A stretch of DNA of 64,000 nucleotides from a bacterium (GTDB taxonomy: Bacteria; Hinthialibacterota; Hinthialibacteria; Hinthialibacterales; Hinthialibacteraceae), in assembly GCA_963663405.2 (NCBI GenBank), contig CAXXSM010000144.1, positions 1 through 64,000 of the forward strand. The letters run 5' to 3'. Under the pieces are notes generated by a model. The model saw nothing but the letters and a program-made list of their open reading frames with translations. It was not told the DNA's origin and did no database searches. The translations under genes and the position numbers were made by a program. Positions 1-10,804 of the stretch are shown piece after piece. Position 1 is the first letter of the stretch; each line of letters begins with the position of its first letter.

Positions 1-647
1 GTCATCGTGGTCCTAATCAATGGCAGACCCTTGTCGATTCGCTGGACGGCGGAGAATGTTCCTGCCATTGTTGAAGTCATGGATGTGCGGTGAACAGGGT
101 GGTAACGCTATTGCTGATGTGCTTTTTCGGAGACTTTAATCCTTGTGGCCGTTTGCACGGTTACAGTTCCCATATCACGTTGGGCAGCTTCCTATTTATT
201 ATAATCACTATGCCATCCAGAGCAGGGAAGAAGTATATAAATATGACGGGGGAGCCTCTCTAATGAATTTGGATATGGAATGAGCTACACGAGTTATGAG
301 TACAGCAACTTACAAATTCATCCCAAAGTCATCAATCCCGCCGGTGAAGTAACGATCACCGCTGACATCGAAAATACCGGCGCCCGCGCCGGTCAAGAAG
401 TGGTACAACTGTACATCCATGATACGTTGAGCAGTGTATCCACTCCCGTAAAAGAATTAAAAGGTTTTGAAAAAATATCTTTACAAATTGGGGAAAAGAA
501 GAGAGCGCAATTTAAACTTACATCCGAGGATCTATCCCTATTAGACAGACATATGGAATGGAAAGTCGAGCCGGAACTTTTGAAGTTATGGTTGGCCATT
601 CATCACAGGATATACGGCTTAAGGGACAATTCGATGTAAAAGAATAA
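1..647 (+). CDS. GH3 beta-glucosidase, C-terminal part with Fn3-like domain (5' end outside window; frameshifted)
   Basis: Frame 1 opens with VIVVLINGRPLSIRW. Later fragments read GEQGGNAIADVL and HVGQLPIYYN. ORF 280-639 reads SYTSYEYSNL...NTGARAGQEVVQLY...PVKELKGFEKI. A shifted frame ends FEVMVGHSSQDIRLKGQFDVKE* (TAA 645-647). Confidence 0.85.
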
Positions 648-683
648 GGGGATTGGAATTCGTGTCAAACAAAACGCGGGAGA

Positions 684-1864
684 TTAATCGACTTTCAAAA
701 TTGTGCCGGCGATATGACGCAGTCCATTATTCTTATTGAAATAATAGGTAACCAGTATACGTCCATCCGCCATTACAGCCGCCCAGGGATAGCCGATATC
801 TCCATTCCGCCATCGTCGCGTAGAATGATTTCTTCCGCGCTTTCAAAATTGCTGCATTCAGCGTCCAGAAACGCGGGCGCGAATTCCATATGGTTGATGG
901 CGGTAGCCATAAATCAACAATACCTGTTTGTCCGGCAGGCGCAGCGCGAAATGTGGATGACCTTGAAATCCTGAATCCCGCCACGGTTGGAAACTCTTTC
1001 CTCCATCCGTGGACCGCGCTACGACTGTCGCGTCGTGAAAATCAGCGGTCCGTAAGAACGCGATCAAATCGCCTTGTGGCGTTTCATAGAGAGAGGTTTC
1101 GTTGAACGAGGCGTTTTCATCCTTTGCGATAGGGCAGGGCGTATGACCAGGTGAATCCTCCATCATCCGAAGTGAGTAAGTGGACTTCTGTTCGACGTGG
1201 ATTGAGCTGGGCGATCACAGCGCACGCCCAATAAAGACGCTCATTCCTTCCCTGACACATAGCGCCACGATTATACGCCGGACAAGAATCGCCGAAGACA
1301 TTTTTAATGGCGTTTCCAGGAACAACCGGCGGGATGGTCGGTCCTTGCCAAGAATGACCGCCATCTTTCGAATGAAGCAAATAAACCGCCCATAAATATA
1401 AAAATTTCCATGGCGGATTGTTTCATCGAACGAATCGGCGACCTCATCATTTACACGCGCCCATCCATAACTGCTGCATATAATCGAACCATCGCGCAGT
1501 TGAACCATACAAGGATCCTGTGATCCTCCAAATGGGTGCGCAAAGATTAATTCCGGTTCGGAGGTCCACGTGGCCGCGTTGTCTTTTGAGCGAACGAGAA
1601 CGAGATAACTATTTGGATCGACGTGACTCGTTCCCTCTTCTCCGAAGGACCTGCCGGGATGGCGCGCGGCGGAATGCAACAAGTAATTCTCCGTCAGGCC
1701 GAGTAATAACGGATGGAAAGGCGCTGTATAAAGTGATTATTTTCATAGATCACAATATCTTTGACTTTTGTGATACTCGATGATTGGGCTTCCACTGGTT
1801 GTATCGTCTCATGAACATATAAAAAACGATAATTGCATGCACAGAATAGTAATATTTTTCTCAT
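684..1864 (-). CDS. Secreted BNR/Asp-box sialidase-like (GH33-like) beta-propeller protein, frameshifted
   Basis: Signal peptide MRKILLFCA. Asp-box repeats RSKDNAATW, HSKDGGHSW, TSDDGGFTW, RSTDGGKSF are spread over ORFs 1694-1903, 1215-1682, 1117-1380 and 858-1166. The tail reads HIAGTILKVD*. Confidence 0.75.
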
Positions 1865-1944
1865 GATTCTCTTTCCTTTCCTTGTCTTTTGTTTACTGCC
1901 CAATCATATCGACTTTAGGCAATCATAAAAAATCGTCTACTCGA

Positions 1945-4900
1945 TCACTCAGAGGTCATCATAATAACGTCTTTCCTGCGAGATTCGGGGAGATGTTCAG
2001 TTTGACGAGCTCTCCTTCCTTTATACATCCTTCAATCGTGGTTTTGTATGGCGCGTGAAGTTTGAAATCCACATTCCAATCTTTTGGCCAAGCCGGCGCC
2101 AAGTAAATCTTCTCCCGTCTGTTTGCAGGATCATCGACTGAAGAACCCTTCATCAGCACACCGCCGTGCGTTTGATCCGGTATCCAATCATAGTTAGGCC
2201 CCCAGAATGCGGGGAAACGTGAATCGGAGTGTTTGTTCTTTGCGCGGTCCACCAGATTCTGCTGCGCTTGGTCAGCAAGTCCTAGATAGGCCATGAAGAT
2301 GTCATCTTGGCGCCAACCGGAATTTCCTTTGTCAAGTCGATTGATTGAGAGCCTGGACGCCAAGGTTGATGTGTGGTTTGCCAACCGCAATCTGGCGGAA
2401 TGGGAAGACCGCGTAAAGTTCGGGATTTTCAACGTTTCGCTTGTTGGCGAACTTTTCCGCAGGAGCGAGCATCGTCACACCCTCATGGTCTCGCACTGGT
2501 AATGTTGGGATTTTCGTTTTGAAGGCCGCCCAGAATTCCCTTTGCTCGTTCGTTGTCAAATTCTCTGGCAGGGAAAGAAGGCGGTCCGTTATCGCATGCA
2601 ATCCCGCCACTTCAGGCATCGGATTGGTACAGTCCCACCAGGTTTCACACGCCATAGATGGATGCATGACAAGTTTACCATCCGGCCCGGTCTTGTACTG
2701 CAAATCAAAGAAGGTCACTATCTCATCGGCAAAGGGAAGAATGGTGGTTCGCAGGAATTCTTTATCAAGCGTGTGTTCGTAGCGGTCTAACATCATGAAT
2801 ACGAGTTCCGGTCCTGAAAACCCATTCCCATTTGTGCCAACCACTCGCTTGTAATTTAGTCGATTCTCTCCGAGCAGGGTTCCCAGCCATAGGTATTTGA
2901 AAACATGTCTCCCCAAAAGTAGATACATTCCGGGACATAAATTCCAGCGTGCCCCGTGTGGATTTTTGTTTGGTATTTGAGATATTCAAACAGGTCTCTG
3001 CAGTACATTTTGTACAGTGGTCCGGTTAAATCGAAATCGCCTGACGCGCACATACTGATGTAGGGCAGCCGCGTATTCTGCCACCAATATCCCGGCCCCC
3101 AGCGGCGGTAATCGGCGTCACCAGGTCCTCCATCAAAAGGCACAGTGAAGATCGATCCGTTGAACTTAATCGGATACCTTCCGCGGCCTGCGCATGCGTT
3201 CATGTAACGCTGCAGCGCGTAGGCTTGACTTACTAGAAACGCGTCATTCGATTGAACTCCCTCCGCCGGCGCCATATGGATCCAACTCCGATTCCAGAAC
3301 GCTCTCCACCAATCTTCGTGAGCCTCGCGCCGCTTTTCGAAATCGATCTTCTCTGTTTCTCTTATCGCGGTGTCAATGGCCGTCAGCCAATCGTTCTCTG
3401 TGGCTGGGTGTTTCGTTAACACGTAGACATCAATGCGGTGTTCCTTCGATTTCGGTGACAGCAGGCGCATGTTATCAATCCGTTTGGCTCCGTTGGCTTT
3501 GACAATGGCTCCAAAGGTGCGGTGAAGTAATGGATCCGGCCGTTTGAATCCGTCCACGCCTTGGATCTTGGCGCACATGGCGGGCCCAACTGATTTACTA
3601 TTGCGGTGATACCAGCCGATCCGGTCTTTTTGATTGTCGAGAATGACATCCGGCTCAACAATGGTTTCCGCGTGCTGGTTATTGGGTTTCGAACTGTCCA
3701 ACAAAACGTCGCTGGATTCAAGACTAGGAAGTGAGTATGGCTTGGTTCGCCAGAGTTCGACTGTTGCGATCGCGTCTGTTTCCTGCGGCGCCTTGATCTC
3801 GGTGTGTATGACCGGGTGATTCGCGTCAACCCAAAGGCGGAATTCCGTCTCGCCGCAACGCGCCCTAAGCGTCCCATCGGCGAGGTTCAGCGTTTGCAGG
3901 AAATCATCAGTCGATGGCGCCGGATCGAGTGATATTCTAACGCGTCCGATCTTCAGCAGCCGCCCGTTATCTCCCCATGAATCGATCCGGGAGATGTAGA
4001 AGATCAGATCGCCATTCTTCTCGATCCACGCATTCAGTCCTGTCTCTCCATTACCGAGTGGCCTGGAACCGTTGTGGTCTTTGCTCGGAGTCTTCCAGTA
4101 CAACGTTATATGTGTTCAGTGGATCAACATTCTCTACCGCCGCTTCGCCGGATCGAATCATTTCACCGGTCCGCCGCAGGATTTGGACATCTCGATCCGT
4201 TAGTTTCCCTTCAGTATCTGGTCCCACATCCAACGAGAGCAGATTGCCGAATTTCACCGCGCCCAAGTAGTCATTGTATATCTTTGTAGGTGAGTGATAG
4301 GACTCGGGTTTAATCGCGGGATTATAAAAGCCAATGTGTCGAGGATAGGGGATAGGTGGAAGTCAGCGGCAAGATATCCGTTGTATTCCTCTTCCGCTTT
4401 CTTATTATACTTGGAGGCTTTTGGATCTCCGAGTTTTTCCCGGTGTTTCCACGCTCGCGAAGGCAAAGCCTGCCTGCCGGTTGACCGTGATTGAAACCAA
4501 TAAAACAATTCGGCTGAAATTGATGAATCCACTCCACTGTTTCCACGTGAGACAAACCGCCATCACCACATGCGGCATGATCCATCCAGAAGAATTCGAT
4601 GGGGCCGTAGAGCATGCACAATTCCTTCAGTTGAGCCTTCTTGTATTCGATCGCTTGTTGCTTTGCTTCCGGAGTTTCGCGGGGATGCCGCCAATCTCCT
4701 TCGGAATAGTAAAGCGCCAGTTTGAGACCGTATTTTGTCACACGACGCTCGAAGTTTTGATAATACATCCATGCCCAATGGACTGTTGGTTACCTTTAAA
4801 TCGGTTGTCTGCGTATCCCATAAACAGAAGCCGTCATGATGTTTGGTAAGAAACCAAGATATATTTCATTCCCGCGTCTTTTGCCGTCTCGCACCATTGA

Positions 4901-5134
4901 TCTGTGTCGCATCCCGTGACGTTAAAAAATTCCGGACCGTGCGGTTCCTTGGTCCATTCCAATCCAGATACCGAACTGAAGGACCAACAGACGAACAACC
5001 CGAACTGCAGTTCTTTAATCTGCCGCGCCCTGATTTCATCAGGAATCTTATTCATGTTGATGAGCAGAATCAGTGCTCGTTACGGCTCCTGTTATTGCAA
5101 GAGATAGTAACGCTGTGAAGAGTTGTGTTTTCAT
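1945..5134 (-). CDS. Apparent fusion of a GH29 alpha-L-fucosidase-like domain and a DUF5703/GH95-like glycoside hydrolase, multiply frameshifted
   Basis: Signal peptide MKTQLFTALLSLAI from ATG 5134. GH29-like motifs FGLFVCW, QWCETAKDAGMKY, KAQLKELCMLYGPIEFFWMD and LSLDVGPD. These run into DPLNTYNVV/WKTPSKDHNGS.PLGNG, IKFNGSIFT, DYRRWGPGYWWQNTR, ENPELYAVFP, WGPNYDWIPDQ and AWPKDWNVDFKLHAP. Confidence 0.7.
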
Positions 5135-5511
5135 TTTTTCTCTCTCCAGTCAATAATCTGGTAGATAGTATTTCTGAAGGATCATCCCAAAGTGATAATT
5201 TTCCACTTTAGCGGTTCTTCAATTCCATACCAAGTGGCGATCCCATCTTTTCGCGCGTATAATCTTCTCAATAAGCGGTAATCGAAAATGGTCTCCAGCA
5301 ATCACAGGTTAAGCTGGATCGGGCAGAATTGTAATGGATTCTTAGGGGATACGCATGCTTCTGACCTATGACTTATATGTAAAAATGAAGAGAATATAAT
5401 TGCAAGAATATTGTTGGGCGGCGATGCGTGTATGCAGATACTTTGATCACCTAAAAACCTATCATCACTTTGGAAAAATCAGATAAATGTATTTTTAAGG
5501 AAAAGTAATAG

Positions 5512-8500
5512 ATGAAAACAGGAATTCAATACGCTTTTCTGTTGATTATACTGATCGTTACATCAAGCGTTTCTCACGCTCAACACCCAGGTATCTGGAG
5601 ATATTTTCCAGAGATCCCGTTGCCATTTGCAGTGAATTTTACGCCAGAAGGGAACGCGTTGATCCTCAATCCTGAAACGGTATTTATCTATGACGGGTAT
5701 GAAATTAAAAAAATTCCCACAGATTGCCGCTTAGGCTCAATCCAGCAAGATGCGCAGGGACGGATCTGGTCGGTGTATAAGGGGCAAACGATTAATATGT
5801 CGCCGGATTATTATGGCATGATTATGTACAATCCCGCGACTAAAAACTGGCAGAGATTCCCTATTCCGGATTTGCAGGGAACAACCATTTGGCTTTCGGA
5901 TTGTTTTCAGTTTTATGAACCGAATCGCGTGATTATGACCAATCAGGAGAAGTTTTTTACCTATAATCTCGAAACTGGAGAATCCCACGACATACTTCGG
6001 AGAGAAGATACTTCTCATAACTCATTTCTGTCGATCAAAAAAGGATCGAGTGATGGCGTCTTTTGGGGATTTGGGGATCAAGGGATTTTGCGAATCACTC
6101 GAAATATGAAGGATGAATGGACCTGGATAAATTATGCGCTTCCCGGCGCGGATCATAGAAAATTGCATGGGTATCCGATAGTTCTATCCGATTGTGAAAT
6201 TTATGTACAAATCGCTGAGCAAAACAGAGAGTCGATTTCCTATTTTCTAATGCGATTTTATGGGGATCGCTGGGAAAAACTAACTCAAGATTATCCTTAT
6301 AATCTCCGCTGCGGTTGGGCTGATTCTCTTGGACGGGTATGGACCACTGGCTGGCTTGATGGGTATATTTTTTTACAGGAACCGGATAAAAAGGTCAAAA
6401 CGATCGAAGGAAATGATATATTAGGTATGGCATTATGCCGTTCCGCATTTTGCAAAGAAGATATTGCATTAATCGGTACCGTAGGAGGCTTGATTCGTCA
6501 CGCTCCCCCTTTATGGCAGCTTCCAGCGAAATTGAATCCTCAATTCTATGGTTATGACAAAGTATTGGGAACTGATCAGCACGGGAATCTTTGGCTGGCA
6601 AAACCTGGGCAACTTATACGCGGACAAGGGAATGAGGTTCAACGATACAATTGGAAAACGATGGAACAGATTGAAGATTTGCAAACCATGAACTTCGATT
6701 TGCAATGTCATCCCTTAGCCGATGGACGCACGGTTCTTTATTTTTATCAGAATTTTAATGATGCAAATCAGAATCGGCTGATCGTGTATAACGCCTCAAC
6801 TGATCTCATCGAATCGGTCATAGAACCTCACAAGATTTTTGTGAATGGATTTCCCGGACTGAATAATACTGTTTATCTTATTTGTAAAGACAACCAAACT
6901 AACCTGTTTTCACTAGAACAATTTGACGGCATTACCTATCAACGGATTGCCGATGGGAATACGATTTCCGGCCTGGATATTAATACGCGCGTGTTTCACA
7001 CTCGCTCCGGTGATATCTGGTTATTGAATTATTATCTCGGCCCTTATGGGATCTATCGAAAGGGAAATTATCAAGCATTTGAACCACCCGTGACCACTAG
7101 CCCCGGCAAACCTGGAAGCGCCTTCTTAGAATGTTCGGATGGAACCATTTGGGCTGGTTTCGGATATGCTGTATTTGAATTTGACAATGGAAAATGGCAT
7201 AAACAACTGGATTGCAGTGAGGATGTCGGCGTTACCCAGCTGTTGGAAAGTCATGATGGCAGCATTTGGGTGGTGACACGGAAACGTATCTATCGCTGGA
7301 AGAATGGCGTCTGGACGTATCATCATTATCAAGAGGGATTGCCCTCCGCTACATATTTATCAATTTTTGAAGACAACCAACAACGGATTTGGGCGGCTAC
7401 ACGAACTGGTGACCGGCTTTTTTGTCCAGAGGCTGACGCTGATCCACCCATCGTCACTTTTCTGGAAGAGGAAAATAACCGTCAATTCTTACCACATGTT
7501 CATGTTCGCATCACGTTTACCGCCCAGGATCGCTGGAAATACACGGCTAAAGAGAAACTACAATATTCGTATTGTTTGGATGATCAAGATTGGTCGCCAT
7601 ACTCCTATAATGCATTCGCGACATTCCCCAAATTGGAACCAGGGAAACATCGGCTGCAAGTCACAGCCATAGATGTGAATTACAATCAAGCGGTAATCCC
7701 TGCGGTTTGGGAATTCGAGGTGTTGTCTCCCTGGTACAAAGAACCTGCCTTTCTCATAATCATAACGTTGGCTTCGATTTTAATCCTGGTCTTGATGACA
7801 CTGTTAGGTTCACGGTATTTCAATTTAACTCGATTGGTCGCGGAACGAACGGATCATTTGACGAAAGCGAACGAACAACTCCTCAGCCATCGCGAGAAAT
7901 TGCAAGCCTTAACCTCCGAACTATTTTTGATTGAAGAACGCGAGCGGCGTAAATTGGCGTCCGATCTGCATGACAGCATTAGCCAATCACTATCGCTCTC
8001 GATGTTGGAATTATCCTCGTTAGCAAAAGAAAAAGCGGTGGAAGAAATCAAGGAACAGGCCACTCAAATTCGCAAACGTCTCGATCGAACCCTTCAATCC
8101 ACTCGCGATCTCACGTATCAACTTTGTCCTCCTCTCCTTTATCAAGCCGGACTCGGTCCGGCTATCGCTCAATTGGCTGAAGAATTTCAGGGACATTATG
8201 GATTTGTGGTTGATTTTCACGAATCGGGTGAGTCTGAGCCGTTAGTGGAAGAGCATCGATATTTTCTGTTTCGCGCAACGCGGGAATTATTGATGAATAT
8301 CACCAAACACGCCCAGGCGACACATGTGGATATTTCATTACTGTGGAATAACGATACAATCCAAATTCAAGTCCGTGATAACGGAATTGGATTGATCCAA
8401 TATGAAAACCAACACTTTATATCAGAACAAGGCGGTTATGGTCTTTTCGGTTTACGGGAACGAGCCACTCGGATGGGTGGTAAACTCGATATACAATCGA

Positions 8501-8547
8501 TACCGAAACAAGGTACAATTGTTTGCATGACAATACCGTTACGGTGA
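5512..8547 (+). CDS. Membrane sensor histidine kinase: extracytoplasmic beta-propeller repeats, Y_Y_Y domain, TM, HisKA_3/HATPase
   Basis: Intact 1011-aa ORF with signal peptide, D..G.IW repeats, LQYSYCLDDQDWSPY (Y_Y_Y) and a TM segment. EERERRKLASDLHDSISQ is the HisKA_3 H-box; ELLMNITKHA and DNGIG are HATPase motifs. Confidence 0.9.
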   Translation: MKTGIQYAFLLIILIVTSSVSHAQHPGIWRYFPEIPLPFAVNFTPEGNALILNPETVFIYDGYEIKKIPTDCRLGSIQQDAQGRIWSVYKGQTINMSPDYYGMIMYNPATKNWQRFPIPDLQGTTIWLSDCFQFYEPNRVIMTNQEKFFTYNLETGESHDILRREDTSHNSFLSIKKGSSDGVFWGFGDQGILRITRNMKDEWTWINYALPGADHRKLHGYPIVLSDCEIYVQIAEQNRESISYFLMRFYGDRWEKLTQDYPYNLRCGWADSLGRVWTTGWLDGYIFLQEPDKKVKTIEGNDILGMALCRSAFCKEDIALIGTVGGLIRHAPPLWQLPAKLNPQFYGYDKVLGTDQHGNLWLAKPGQLIRGQGNEVQRYNWKTMEQIEDLQTMNFDLQCHPLADGRTVLYFYQNFNDANQNRLIVYNASTDLIESVIEPHKIFVNGFPGLNNTVYLICKDNQTNLFSLEQFDGITYQRIADGNTISGLDINTRVFHTRSGDIWLLNYYLGPYGIYRKGNYQAFEPPVTTSPGKPGSAFLECSDGTIWAGFGYAVFEFDNGKWHKQLDCSEDVGVTQLLESHDGSIWVVTRKRIYRWKNGVWTYHHYQEGLPSATYLSIFEDNQQRIWAATRTGDRLFCPEADADPPIVTFLEEENNRQFLPHVHVRITFTAQDRWKYTAKEKLQYSYCLDDQDWSPYSYNAFATFPKLEPGKHRLQVTAIDVNYNQAVIPAVWEFEVLSPWYKEPAFLIIITLASILILVLMTLLGSRYFNLTRLVAERTDHLTKANEQLLSHREKLQALTSELFLIEERERRKLASDLHDSISQSLSLSMLELSSLAKEKAVEEIKEQATQIRKRLDRTLQSTRDLTYQLCPPLLYQAGLGPAIAQLAEEFQGHYGFVVDFHESGESEPLVEEHRYFLFRATRELLMNITKHAQATHVDISLLWNNDTIQIQVRDNGIGLIQYENQHFISEQGGYGLFGLRERATRMGGKLDIQSIPKQGTIVCMTIPLR

Positions 8548-8583
8548 AATCATCATCCTAGATTGCAAGAGAGTGAATTCCAT

Positions 8584-9237
8584 ATGAGCATTCGAATTTT
8601 ATTGGCCGATGATCACATCGTAATCCGGGATGGAATTCGCGCCCTATTGGAGAAGCACTCTGACTTCGAAGTTGTCGCTGTGGCCGGCAATGGGAGGGAA
8701 ACGCTGGACTTAATTCAGAAACAGGACATCGATGTTGTCATTATGGATATCAGTATGCCCCATATGACCGGAATCGAGGCGACTCAACAGATCAAGACAT
8801 GTTCCCCTAAAACGAAAGTTTTGGCATTGTCGGTTCATACGGATAATGAATTGGTTGCGCGGATGATCGAAGCGGGAGCGTCGGGATATCTCCCAAAAAG
8901 TTGTGAGATTGATGAACTCATCGAAGCTATCCAAACCGTCATTCAAAATCGAACGTATCTCTCCTCAGCCGTTGTGGATTCCGTATTTAAATATATGCAA
9001 AAGGAATCTTCTTCTCCTCCCGATCTCACGCCGAATCCGCTGACTACCCGTGAACGGGAAGTCTTGCAACAAATCGCGGAGGGAAAATCCACCAAGGAAA
9101 TGGCTTCCCTTCTTTGTGTGAGTGAAAGCACAATCGAATCCCACCGCAAAAATATCATGAAGAAACTGGATCTTCATAGCATCGCCGAACTCACAAAATA
9201 TGCCATTCGGCATGGGTTGACATCAATCGAGTCATAA
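8584..9237 (+). CDS. NarL/LuxR-family response regulator (REC + LuxR HTH)
   Basis: ILLADDH, MDISMP, GASGYLPK, LTTREREVLQQIAEGKSTKEMA; lies directly after the HisKA_3 kinase. Confidence 0.93.
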   Translation: MSIRILLADDHIVIRDGIRALLEKHSDFEVVAVAGNGRETLDLIQKQDIDVVIMDISMPHMTGIEATQQIKTCSPKTKVLALSVHTDNELVARMIEAGASGYLPKSCEIDELIEAIQTVIQNRTYLSSAVVDSVFKYMQKESSSPPDLTPNPLTTREREVLQQIAEGKSTKEMASLLCVSESTIESHRKNIMKKLDLHSIAELTKYAIRHGLTSIES

Positions 9238-9241
9238 GAAT

Positions 9242-9274
9242 TCCCTACTTTTTATGAAAGACTCTCCCTACTTT
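9242..9274 (+). promoter_or_regulatory. Direct repeat TCCCTACTTT x2 (23-bp period), candidate response-regulator operator
   Basis: Exact 10-mers at 9242-9251 and 9265-9274, just after the regulator stop and upstream of the REC-FGE-esterase genes. Confidence 0.4.
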
Positions 9275-9387
9275 CCTGGATCTCTATTCACCAGATTCCA
9301 CGGCATAAAATTCATTGAAATTCAGAATATACAAAACATCAAGTTCTCATAAAATGTTCATTCATACGAGACAGAAGAGAAAAGCGT

Positions 9388-9786
9388 ATGATGAAAATCT
9401 TATTGGTAGATGATGATATAGAATTCCGAAATTATATGCGTTGTTTATTGGAAGAGAAACTAGGCCCTGTTGAAATCCAGGAAGGAGAAAACGGTCAGGA
9501 GGCGATCGTAATTACAAAACAATTCCATCCAGAATTGGTATTTATGGATATTACTATGCCTGGATTGAACGGTCTTGAATCCACGCGAGAAATACACCGC
9601 CTAATGCCAGAATGCAAGATCATTATGCTTACCGTACATACCGATCCTGCTTTCGCAATTCTCTCTCGACAGGCTGGAGCGTCTGGATACTTGATAAAGA
9701 ACCATGTGGATCAAGATGTATTTGTGGCGATAGAAAAAATCATGCGAAATGAATGGTTTGAAAGCGCAATCAATCTTGAATCATAA
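9388..9786 (+). CDS. Single-domain response regulator (NarL-type receiver only)
   Basis: ILLVDDD, FMDITMP, GASGYLIK; no output domain. Confidence 0.88.
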   Translation: MMKILLVDDDIEFRNYMRCLLEEKLGPVEIQEGENGQEAIVITKQFHPELVFMDITMPGLNGLESTREIHRLMPECKIIMLTVHTDPAFAILSRQAGASGYLIKNHVDQDVFVAIEKIMRNEWFESAINLES

Positions 9787-9814
9787 AATCAAATTAGGGA
9801 AAAGGAGTCGTATC

Positions 9815-10720
9815 ATGAAAGTGATTAGAGTGTTTCAGATCGGAGTGTTGCTGAGTTTTGGAATGTGTAGTATCTGTTTTTCACAAGTGAGTGAACCGTC
9901 ATTAGAAACCATTACGGTTGAAATTCCTAACGTGGTTGAGGAGGCCATACCGCTGAAAATGGTCCTTATTCCTGCAGGTGCGTTCACCATGGGATCATCG
10001 ACCGAAGAACGCAGAAGCGATCCAAGAAGTAATGCCGTGGCTGATGCGGACTGGCCGCAGCATGAAGTTACAATCTCCCATCCGTTTTATTTCGGCATAT
10101 ATGAAGTAACCCAAGCGCAATGGACGGCGGTAATGGGATACAATCCGGCCAGTCGAATAGGCATAGACATCCCCGTCAATAATGAAAGTTGGATCGAGTG
10201 TCAGGAATTTATCGAAAAGATTAATGAAATGGGTCTTGGAACATTTCGTCTTCCGACAGAAGCGGAATGGGAATATGCCTGCCGCGCCGGAACCACGACA
10301 AGGTTTTTTTATGGAGATGTTCTGGAAACAAATGACTTGGATGAGTATAGCCCGATTCATGACCTGTACATGTGGTGGTGTGGAAATTGTGTGGCAGAAG
10401 AGACGCCTCTTCCTGTCGGTTTAAAACTTGCTAATCCCTGGGGACTTTATGACATTCATGGGAATGTCTGGGAATGGTGTGAGGATTGGTGGGAAAAGCC
10501 ATGGGATTGTGGCGCCCAAGTGGATCCCACCGGTCCGGAAACCGGCACGGCGCGTGTAGTACGTGGAGGGGGCGCTCTTGGGTATGCTCAAGGTTGCCGA
10601 TCGGCGGATCGCCGCTGCGATTTCTGTACCCCTGATTACCAAGTCCCACATATCGGTTTCCGTCTCGTAAAGGAATACGAAGAAGTTTCCAGTGTGGACT
10701 ATTTTTCTCTCTATCAATAA
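9815..10720 (+). CDS. Formylglycine-generating enzyme (FGE-sulfatase/SUMF1) family secreted protein
   Basis: Signal peptide after RBS aaggag; IPAGAFTMGS, EVTQAQW, FRLPTEAEWEYACRAG, NPWGLYDIHGNVWEWC, RVVRGG, IGFRLV. Confidence 0.9.
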   Translation: MKVIRVFQIGVLLSFGMCSICFSQVSEPSLETITVEIPNVVEEAIPLKMVLIPAGAFTMGSSTEERRSDPRSNAVADADWPQHEVTISHPFYFGIYEVTQAQWTAVMGYNPASRIGIDIPVNNESWIECQEFIEKINEMGLGTFRLPTEAEWEYACRAGTTTRFFYGDVLETNDLDEYSPIHDLYMWWCGNCVAEETPLPVGLKLANPWGLYDIHGNVWEWCEDWWEKPWDCGAQVDPTGPETGTARVVRGGGALGYAQGCRSADRRCDFCTPDYQVPHIGFRLVKEYEEVSSVDYFSLYQ

Positions 10721-10804
10721 ATGCTTTCATTTCTTCCCAGTCTCTGTTTGGCAGGCTAGGGAGGATGCCCTGTGAAACAAAATTCAGCCAGGTGAGAGAC
10801 GATC

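Noticed and set aside
1-5134. Cluster of true pseudogenes or programmed frameshifts in the glycosidases
   Set aside because: Many scattered single-base indels with well-preserved protein motifs, also seen in thrC and mutS, point to sequencing error.
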